A stretch of DNA of 6,018 nucleotides from Candidatus Iainarchaeum sp. (GTDB lineage Archaea; Iainarchaeota; Iainarchaeia; Iainarchaeales; 0-14-0-20-30-16), in NCBI GenBank assembly GCA_903916665.1, contig CAIWXP010000071.1:1-6018 (forward strand). The letters run 5' to 3'. This document shows, in pieces, positions 1-5,882 of this stretch. The position numbers and the translations under genes are program-made. Below the pieces are notes generated by a model, which worked only from the letters and a program-made list of their open reading frames with translations, ran no database searches and was not told the origin of the DNA. Positions within the stretch are counted from its first letter, which is position 1, and every line of letters starts with the position of its first letter.

Positions 1-17
1 ATATGACTATATATAAA

Positions 18-47
18 TATAGTAATATAGTAAGTAAATAATAAATG
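18..47 (+). promoter_or_regulatory. Upstream tandem octamer (TATAGTAA)x2 followed by GTAA, and a TAAATG start context for ORF 45-1364
   Basis: TATAGTAA occurs at 18-25 and again at 26-33, a perfect tandem. TAAATG lies at 42-47 and overlaps the start codon. It resembles the poxvirus-type late initiator, but its information content is low in AT-rich DNA. Only 44 nt of upstream sequence is in the window. Confidence 0.25.
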
Positions 48-1364
48 AAATTAACAAAACATAGTCAATTATTAATGTCATTTTTCCTAAAAAAAAAATG
101 TATTGAACCATCTAATTTAACAAAAAAAACAGAAAAAATATTAACATCATTATATTATGATATTCTTGAAGCAAATAAATATATTGATTCAACTAAAAAA
201 AAGATGGGATCTAAGTTTTATAAATTACAAACAAATGAAATACATAGTATTACACAAATACCAAAACCAACAATGTTTCCGAATGATAGTTTTCCAAAAG
301 AAGTAAGAGAACATATTAATGATAATACAAATAATCATTTAACATATAATTTTTCTCTCTTTGATCGTTTAATTAAATTTCATTTTGTAATTGAAGATTC
401 TAATCTTGAAATACAAATTGAAAAATATAATAAATATGTGGATATTATGTTAACCTGGATGTATATATTAAATCAATATGCATCCAAATCTTGTTCAAAA
501 GAAATTACAGTTTATTTATATTTTACAGAATTATTAAAAAAATTACCTGATACAAATATTCAAATATTAGGAAGTAATCATGTGAATACTGCTTTTACTA
601 CAACTTGTCCAAAAGTATCTGAAATTGTTATATTTCGTAAAGAAGAATGGTTTAAAGTATTTATGCACGAAACATTTCATAATTTTGCATTAGATTTTTC
701 TAATATGAATAATGATGAATGTACTAAAAATATTTTGAATATTTTTCCAGTAAAATCAGATGTAAATTTATATGAAGCTTATGCTGAATTTTGGGCTGAA
801 ATAATGAATGTTTGTTTTTGTAGTTTTATGGAAATGTCTCGTAATGATGATATTCATAAAAATCAACAAAATATAGATAATTTTATTGTTCATTGTGAAA
901 TATTTATTAATTTTGAAAGAACGTATAGTTTTTTTCAAATGGTAAAAGCTTTGGGTTTTATGGGACTTTCTTATAAAGATTTATATTCAATGACACCACA
1001 AAGTATTATATTGAGAGAAAATTTATATAAAGAAGATAGTAACATTTTGTCTTATTATGTTATTAAACTTGTATTATTAAATAATTATCAAGGGTTTTTG
1101 TCTTGGTGTGATACAAACAATACTTCACTTTTACAATTTAAACAAACAACACAAAATCAAAAAGATTTTTGTACATTTATTGAGAAAAATTATAAAAATA
1201 AACCATTTCTTGAAAGTGTAAAATGCACAGAAAGAATTATTAATTCTGTTAAAGTAGTAAAAGGACAAGAAAAAGTAAAAGGACAAAACAAAATATTATT
1301 AAAAAATGATCAAATTGATTTTATATTGAAAAATATGAGAATGAGTATTTGTGAGTTGGGTTAG
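45..1364 (+). CDS. Putative zinc metallopeptidase, gluzincin-like (HExxH plus downstream ExxAE); otherwise an orphan 439-aa protein
   Basis: Uninterrupted 439-codon ORF with ATG at 45 and TAG at 1362-1364. No competing ORF in the track. HETFH lies at aa 208-212 (nt 666-680). E244 (nt 774-776) lies 32 residues after H212, within LYEAYAEFWAE (E248 at nt 786-788). This is the HExxH plus Glu-on-a-later-helix layout of clan MA(E) gluzincins, comparable to NEGFA in M1 and EFFAE-type motifs in M34/M90. No obvious signal peptide or TM segment by eye. The family cannot be assigned without a profile search. Confidence 0.75.
   Translation: MKLTKHSQLLMSFFLKKKCIEPSNLTKKTEKILTSLYYDILEANKYIDSTKKKMGSKFYKLQTNEIHSITQIPKPTMFPNDSFPKEVREHINDNTNNHLTYNFSLFDRLIKFHFVIEDSNLEIQIEKYNKYVDIMLTWMYILNQYASKSCSKEITVYLYFTELLKKLPDTNIQILGSNHVNTAFTTTCPKVSEIVIFRKEEWFKVFMHETFHNFALDFSNMNNDECTKNILNIFPVKSDVNLYEAYAEFWAEIMNVCFCSFMEMSRNDDIHKNQQNIDNFIVHCEIFINFERTYSFFQMVKALGFMGLSYKDLYSMTPQSIILRENLYKEDSNILSYYVIKLVLLNNYQGFLSWCDTNNTSLLQFKQTTQNQKDFCTFIEKNYKNKPFLESVKCTERIINSVKVVKGQEKVKGQNKILLKNDQIDFILKNMRMSICELG
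666..680 (+). other. HETFH candidate zinc-binding/catalytic motif of ORF 45-1364
   Basis: Codons cac gaa aca ttt cat read directly at 666-680 in the ORF frame. The motif is preceded by a hydrophobic stretch (WFKVFM), as is typical for the active-site helix of zincins. Confidence 0.55.
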
Positions 1365-1380
1365 GTTTGTCATATAATAC

Positions 1381-1394
1381 AATAATATATTATT
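1381..1394 (+). terminator. Perfect 14-bp A/T palindrome AATAATATATTATT, 16 nt after the ORF1 stop; candidate 3'-end hairpin signal
   Basis: The palindrome was verified by hand reverse-complementing. The stem can extend by 3 bp (1378-1380 with 1397-1399) if 1395-1396 bulge. The position fits the mimivirus hairpin rule for mRNA 3'-end formation. It is not a bacterial rho-independent terminator, because it has no GC stem and no T-tract. Confidence 0.4.
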
Positions 1395-1421
1395 ATGTAA
1401 TGAATGTATTATTATGTAATG
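1384..1421. repeat. Tandem 19-mer x2 (AATATATTATTATGTAATG / AATGTATTATTATGTAATG), 18/19 identical
   Basis: Read directly. The units are 1384-1402 and 1403-1421. The shared 15-mer TATTATTATGTAATG lies at 1388-1402 and 1407-1421. Confidence 0.85.
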
Positions 1422-1436
1422 TATATGTGATACATT
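1418..1436. other. Hairpin-capable element with a 7-bp stem (AATGTAT / ATACATT) and a 5-nt loop
   Basis: 1418-1424 pairs with 1430-1436, and the loop is 1425-1429 (ATGTG). It is central in the convergent intergenic region. Confidence 0.3.
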
Positions 1437-1444
1437 GAAATTAT

Positions 1445-1462
1445 TGTATTACGTGTATTACG
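1445..1462. repeat. Perfect tandem 9-mer x2 (TGTATTACG), overlapping the palindrome TATTAC-G-GTAATA (1456-1468)
   Basis: Read directly. The units are 1445-1453 and 1454-1462. This is one of the few CG-containing motifs in the spacer. Confidence 0.85.
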
Positions 1463-1469
1463 GTAATAA

Positions 1470-1481
1470 AATAATATATTA
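1470..1481 (-). terminator. Second copy of AATAATATATTA (contains the 10-bp palindrome TAATATATTA), 8 nt beyond the stop of the minus-strand giant ORF
   Basis: The 12-mer at 1470-1481 is identical to 1381-1392. The 10-bp palindrome at 1472-1481 was verified by hand. It is placed symmetrically to the first copy behind the opposing gene. Confidence 0.3.
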
Positions 1482-1489
1482 ATAAATAT

Positions 1490-4400
1490 TTATACACCTA
1501 CCAAGTTAAATATTCCATTTGGTACAAATGATTTAATAGTAACATCATAAAGATATAATTCTGTAACCCCAAGTTTATTTAACTCCACATTAAAAAATTC
1601 AAAATAATCAACATATATTTTTGTAATTTTATTATTATTTGGATTTGTACCACCATTAGATACATATAAAACACCTGATGCATCAAATGACAATCCATTT
1701 GGACTATATACGCAGGTATTCATATAAGGTTGTATAGAAGACAAATATGGTGTAATTGAAATTTTACTAATTGTATTTGATTTAGCATCACAAGTATATA
1801 TGTAACCATCATTTTTATTTGTAATAAATGTTGGAGGATATGTTAAATTTGTTGATGCTACATAAATTGAATATTGATTAGTTATTAATATTGGTCCTAT
1901 TGTTAAATTAATAGCTGATATTTGATTTGGTAATAATTGTCCCAAAGTATTAGTAAATTGTCCTTGTCCTATATATAAATAAGTATTTCCAATAATAAAT
2001 GGACTTAATGAATGAACAGTGGTTGATAAAGAATTACATACAAATCCTGGAACATATTGTCCTACTGTTATAGACAAAGGATTATATAATGTACCTGCAG
2101 GTAATGATAATACTGTAATATTAGAAGAGTCAGCTATAATAGTATTTGTAGATACATCATATATAAGTGGTATTTGTGTAATAATATAAGTTGGACTTAT
2201 TCCACTTAATAAATATATTATATTTGAACAAGAATCAATAGTCATACTAATTGGATTTGATATTGAAGGATAAAAATTATTATTTACAATAATTTGTCCA
2301 TTAGAATATTGTATTTGACTTATTGATGCTACAACTGGAATTTGAAGATCATTTGGATTAACTGAAATGCCTGTTGTTGTTGACACAGCTATTGCTGTAG
2401 CTAAAGCTGCAGTATTTGTTGCTACTGAATTATGTGTATTCAAAATATAAAAATTATTACTTGAATCATTTACTATATTTGTTGGACCTAAAAGACCTGA
2501 TGATGATGGTACAAAATTATTATAAAGAGGATAAATATCTCCAACATCATTATAATTTACATTTACTAATGAAATAGTATTATTTTGTAAAGGAAAATAA
2601 AATTGTGATAACAAATTATTATATAAAATACCAGTTGGATATGTAGAACCTGGTGTTTGTTTTGCAGTAACAATTATATCATTATTTACCATTTGTTTTG
2701 ATACAATTTGTCCAGTGATTAATGTTAAAACATAAGTATGTGTTGGATCAGGTAATATTATCGGATTTATAAAATGAATAGTAATAGAATTAGAAGTATT
2801 TATTGAAATAAATGATGGATCAACAACTGTATAATCATATACATTAAATATTGTTATTACTTGATTATTTGAAATATCATATGGATTATTAATAGTAAGT
2901 GTATCATCATATGGACCAAGAGTACAACCTGAAAAATCAAAAGATAAATAATATTTATCAATATTTTTAATACCTGACGCACAAACTAATATGGAATTGT
3001 CCATAGAATTGTATTTTATTGTTAATATATATTCAGCAAAACTAACATAATTATTATTAAAAACTACAAGTGTGTGTGTATAATATAAATATGTTATTGG
3101 ATATTCTGTTCTATATAAAACTGATTTAAGATTTGGTGTATTATTATAATTATATTGGGTTATATACATGTAATCATCCGAATCAAAACATATTCCATAA
3201 ACTGTAAAATCATTACTAGATAAAACATTAGGTACTGTAACAAAATTAGTTCCTACTTGAGAAGTTAAATTTATTTTAACAATTTGATTATTTGATAAAT
3301 CACCACCAGTATTAAATCCAACATATAAATTTTCTCCTGCATTATCTATACTTATACAAGAGGGTTTAGTTAACGTATTTGGTCCAAAATATGACCAAAT
3401 ACCGTGTTGATTATCAGTTAATGTAATTTTTACAATTTGTGTCAACGTTATATCAACAATATAAAAGTTACCTAGTAAATCAAATGTCATATCAAATGCA
3501 TCTGTTAATGGTTGTCCTGAATTTGTAATATGAAAAGGTTGAGGTGTAATATAACTAGGTCTTGATAAATCTACAGTATATATTTGTTGATGACCAATAT
3601 TATCATTATTCAATATATATAATAAATTTGTATTTATTGGAGAAATTGCACACGCAACTTGATTATAAATAACCGAATTATTTACAATAATACTAACTGT
3701 ATTATCCAATGTTAATTTATATACAAGACCGTTACCACCATTATTTACACCTAATATATAGACATTTCCTTCTGCATCAATTGTAAGATATGTCGTTGAA
3801 TTAAAACCATTTTGTGTTGAATTATATAATTGAGTATTAATATAAGTGTTTGGTAACGTAACAATAGAATTAGATGGAGTATAAATACCTGTAATACTAT
3901 CTACATTATAAGATTCATTAATATTTGTTAAATATAATGTACTTCCAGAAGTAGTTAAACAAGATGGATTTGTTAAAATAGATCCAGATAAATCATATAT
4001 AAATTCAGATACTGTTCCATTATTTGTTATTATACTAATTTTTTTATCATTTGCATTAGATACAAATAAATCTCCTCTACTATCAAAAACAAGAGAAAAT
4101 GGATTATTTAAAATTGTATTAAATGAATTATTATAAATTGATCCTTGACCAGTATTTCCGATAATATCGGTAACTATAATAATATTATTTGCACCAGAAT
4201 TTGCAATATATAAATTATTTGAAGAGTCAAAAATTAAGTTTGATGGTTGGTTTAAAGTAACTCCTGTAATTGTAAATATACTTCCTACCAAAGAACTTTT
4301 ATTTATTTGTACAATAGTATTTGAAGTATAATTACTTACATAAAAATTAGTAAATGTATTATCAAATGCAATTCCTGATGGATTATTTAATGAAACACCT

Positions 4401-5722
4401 GTGATAGCTAATATTGATCCACTTGCTCCTGGTGTTGTAATTTTAACAACTGTATTTGCACTTGAATTTGTAACATATAAATTATTTGAGGAATCATTAT
4501 CAAATACCATAGCAGTAGGATTATTTAAATTTGAATTATTATAAAAAAGTGTTGCTGGATTTGTTGAACAATTGTAAATAGATCCGTCTATTACATTAGA
4601 TGGATTATTAGGAATTGATTTACTATAAACTGCTGCATATAATACTGGATTAGGAGAAGTATGATCAAAAACTAATGAACTAATTTGATTACTTGAAATA
4701 TCTATTGTAGTTGCAATATTATAAGAATTATCAAGTTGGTATATTAAATTATCACCATCATTATTTAATCCATTTGAATTAAGTGAATTTGTGTAATATA
4801 AATTATTGGAATTATCAAATGTTATTCCATATGGATGAGTTATAAATAAACTTAATGATGTAAAACTATGGGTAACTTGTCCATTTACTATAGAACAAAT
4901 ATAACCTTTGTTTCCTGATGTTGGTCCGCCAAAATTTGTTACATATAATATTTTATAATAATTATCAAATCGTAATGATACTGGTACATCTAATCCTGTA
5001 GCAAATACAGAAATCATAGAACCATCTGAAGACACTTTAATAATATTATTTTCATTTGTATTTGCAATATATAAATTACCAATATTATCAAATGTTATAT
5101 CAGTTGGGCCATTTAAACCTGCAGAATATGGGACAAATATAGATCCTTGTCCAGACGTTGCATTTATTATTGTTGATTTAATAATACAATTATTACCTTG
5201 ATCTGTAATATATAAATTACCAGAATTATCAAAAGCAATGCCTGTAATATAATTCATAGTAACATTACTTATATTAAATTTGGTAAGTTTGCCATTTGAA
5301 TTTATTGTATATATTTGACAAATATTTACACTAACATCTAAATATGCAGTAGATACATATATAGTGGATGAGGTATCAAAGACCATACCGTTTATTCCAC
5401 TAGGTGGAAGATAAACTGAAGATGAATCTATTACATTAATAGCTGTCAATGTATTAGTATATAAATTTAATGTACAAATAAAACCATAATAATTTACTAC
5501 GTATAGATTTGTGAATAATGGGTCAAAATCTAAAAAACCAGGCCTTAATAATCCTAATGGTGACGCATATGGAACAAAATTATTAGAAACAATTCTACCT
5601 GTACTATTTTGTAAATTATAAGTATTAGTATAACTAGGTATTATACTTGTATTTGTATAAGTTATTGAATTTAAATAATCTAATCGGTCTCCACTTGGAT
5701 CTGTTGTTACAGTATAAGACAT
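1490..5722 (-). CDS. Giant (1410 aa) multi-blade NHL-type beta-propeller repeat protein, probably several tandem six-bladed propellers; function unknown
   Basis: Uninterrupted 1410-codon ORF. The ATG is the complement of 5720-5722 and the TAA is the complement of 1490-1492. The motif P-x-x-[IL]-x-[FI]-D-x-x-[GN]-N-[LF]-Y-[IV]-x-[ND]-x-x-x-N-x-[IV]-x-K-[IV] recurs, for example ITGIAFDNSGNLYITDQGNNCIIKS, PTDITFDNIGNLYIANTNENNIIKVS, PTAMVFDNDSSNNLYVTNSSANTVVKIT and PSNLIFDSSNNLYIANSGANNIIIVT. This matches the NHL repeat consensus. No signal peptide or TM helix seen by eye. Confidence 0.9.
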   Translation of the reverse strand: MSYTVTTDPSGDRLDYLNSITYTNTSIIPSYTNTYNLQNSTGRIVSNNFVPYASPLGLLRPGFLDFDPLFTNLYVVNYYGFICTLNLYTNTLTAINVIDSSSVYLPPSGINGMVFDTSSTIYVSTAYLDVSVNICQIYTINSNGKLTKFNISNVTMNYITGIAFDNSGNLYITDQGNNCIIKSTIINATSGQGSIFVPYSAGLNGPTDITFDNIGNLYIANTNENNIIKVSSDGSMISVFATGLDVPVSLRFDNYYKILYVTNFGGPTSGNKGYICSIVNGQVTHSFTSLSLFITHPYGITFDNSNNLYYTNSLNSNGLNNDGDNLIYQLDNSYNIATTIDISSNQISSLVFDHTSPNPVLYAAVYSKSIPNNPSNVIDGSIYNCSTNPATLFYNNSNLNNPTAMVFDNDSSNNLYVTNSSANTVVKITTPGASGSILAITGVSLNNPSGIAFDNTFTNFYVSNYTSNTIVQINKSSLVGSIFTITGVTLNQPSNLIFDSSNNLYIANSGANNIIIVTDIIGNTGQGSIYNNSFNTILNNPFSLVFDSRGDLFVSNANDKKISIITNNGTVSEFIYDLSGSILTNPSCLTTSGSTLYLTNINESYNVDSITGIYTPSNSIVTLPNTYINTQLYNSTQNGFNSTTYLTIDAEGNVYILGVNNGGNGLVYKLTLDNTVSIIVNNSVIYNQVACAISPINTNLLYILNNDNIGHQQIYTVDLSRPSYITPQPFHITNSGQPLTDAFDMTFDLLGNFYIVDITLTQIVKITLTDNQHGIWSYFGPNTLTKPSCISIDNAGENLYVGFNTGGDLSNNQIVKINLTSQVGTNFVTVPNVLSSNDFTVYGICFDSDDYMYITQYNYNNTPNLKSVLYRTEYPITYLYYTHTLVVFNNNYVSFAEYILTIKYNSMDNSILVCASGIKNIDKYYLSFDFSGCTLGPYDDTLTINNPYDISNNQVITIFNVYDYTVVDPSFISINTSNSITIHFINPIILPDPTHTYVLTLITGQIVSKQMVNNDIIVTAKQTPGSTYPTGILYNNLLSQFYFPLQNNTISLVNVNYNDVGDIYPLYNNFVPSSSGLLGPTNIVNDSSNNFYILNTHNSVATNTAALATAIAVSTTTGISVNPNDLQIPVVASISQIQYSNGQIIVNNNFYPSISNPISMTIDSCSNIIYLLSGISPTYIITQIPLIYDVSTNTIIADSSNITVLSLPAGTLYNPLSITVGQYVPGFVCNSLSTTVHSLSPFIIGNTYLYIGQGQFTNTLGQLLPNQISAINLTIGPILITNQYSIYVASTNLTYPPTFITNKNDGYIYTCDAKSNTISKISITPYLSSIQPYMNTCVYSPNGLSFDASGVLYVSNGGTNPNNNKITKIYVDYFEFFNVELNKLGVTELYLYDVTIKSFVPNGIFNLVGV
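1493..2497 (-). other. C-terminal degenerate propeller-like region (aa ~1076-1410)
   Basis: Weaker blade cores are present: GPTNIVNDSSNNFYILNT, NPISMTIDSCSNIIYLLS and TNKNDGYIYTCDAKSNTISKIS. One canonical blade lies near the C-terminus: SPNGLSFDASGVLYVSNGGTNPNNNKITKIY. Confidence 0.45.
2498..3112 (-). other. Central non-NHL beta-rich module (aa ~871-1075), possibly an Ig-like (IPT/TIG-like) domain
   Basis: The blade periodicity stops here. The segment YTVVDPSFISINTSNSITIHFINPIILPDPTHTYVLTLITGQIVSKQMVNNDIIVTAKQTPGS has the alternating pattern and P-x-[IF]-x-S-[IV] ... [IV]-T-[IV] start typical of Ig-like beta-sandwich domains. This rests on pattern resemblance only. Confidence 0.35.
3113..5554 (-). 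other. N-terminal NHL-like blade array (aa ~57-870), about 17 blades
   Basis: Hand-indexed [FI]-D blade cores at aa 65, 115, 164, 211, 252, 302, 352, 407, 453, 498, 546, 648, 747, 792 and 846. Two degenerate blades lie near aa 590 and 694. Mean spacing is about 49 aa (about 147 nt). Seventeen to eighteen blades would fit three six-bladed propellers, which is inference. Confidence 0.7.
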
Positions 5723-5745
5723 ATACTATACTTTTAGAAAAAGTA
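5723..5745 (-). promoter_or_regulatory. AT-flanked TCTA tetramer 13-16 nt upstream of the giant ORF start; candidate late-type promoter core
   Basis: The minus strand reads ...CCATACTTTTTCTAAAAGTATAGTAT-ATG. TCTA is the complement of 5735-5738. A TCTA tetramer flanked by AT-rich sequence is the late promoter motif reported for Cafeteria roenbergensis virus and the Mavirus virophage. A 4-mer is weak evidence. Confidence 0.25.
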
Positions 5746-5864
5746 TGGCAAAAACAACTTGGGAATTTGGGTAAATATGATAAATATTTATCTTGTATTA
5801 AAATATTATCATTCTCAATACAAAATTACGTAAATATTAACCGTTGGTTTTGCCATAATTTTTC
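5737..5864. repeat. Inverted repeat with 22-nt arms (20/22 match) around an 84-bp AT-rich spacer
   Basis: The left arm at 5737-5758 is GAAAAAGTATGGCAAAAACAAC. The reverse complement of the right arm at 5843-5864 is GAAAAATTATGGCAAAACCAAC. The two mismatches were verified by hand. The arms hold most of the G/C in this intergenic region. Confidence 0.8.
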
Positions 5865-5874
5865 CCAAAGTATT

Positions 5875-5882
5875 AAAATTGA
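5875..5882 (+). promoter_or_regulatory. AAAATTGA octamer (Mimiviridae early-promoter motif) on the + strand
   Basis: An exact AAAATTGA lies at 5875-5882. It is 100 nt upstream of an ATG at 5982 that stays open to the window end (MRYYQLILESLQ...). I found no exact copy elsewhere in the window on either strand by eye. Confidence 0.35.

Noticed and set aside
1257-1292. In-frame 18-nt tandem duplication near the ORF1 C-terminus (GTAAAAGGACAAGAAAAA / GTAAAAGGACAAAACAAA, encoding VKGQEK/VKGQNK)
   Set aside because: The duplication is real (16/18 identical) but it is a small Lys-rich tail slippage with no evident functional implication.
1365-1489. Bacterial rho-independent terminators between the convergent genes
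   Set aside because: The stems are almost purely A/T, none is followed by a T-tract, and neither gene has a Shine-Dalgarno sequence. The palindromes fit a viral or eukaryote-like hairpin 3'-end signal better.
1490-5722. Possible enrichment of N-glycosylation sequons (N-x-S/T) pointing to a heavily glycosylated fibril protein
   Set aside because: My hand count gives about 25 sequons. Asn and Ser+Thr are each so abundant in this protein that this number is at or below what composition alone predicts. There is no evidence of enrichment.
45-5722. Metallopeptidase and propeller protein as a co-transcribed two-gene system or operon
   Set aside because: The genes are convergent (tail-to-tail) and have separate promoter regions, so they cannot be co-transcribed. 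Adjacency alone does not show a functional link, so I note it only as context.
5782-5789. AAATATTT palindrome (the Marseilleviridae intergenic promoter-like motif), also present at 1484-1491
   Set aside because: An 8-mer made only of A and T is expected by chance many times in DNA of this composition. One copy overlaps a stop codon. It has no discriminating power here.
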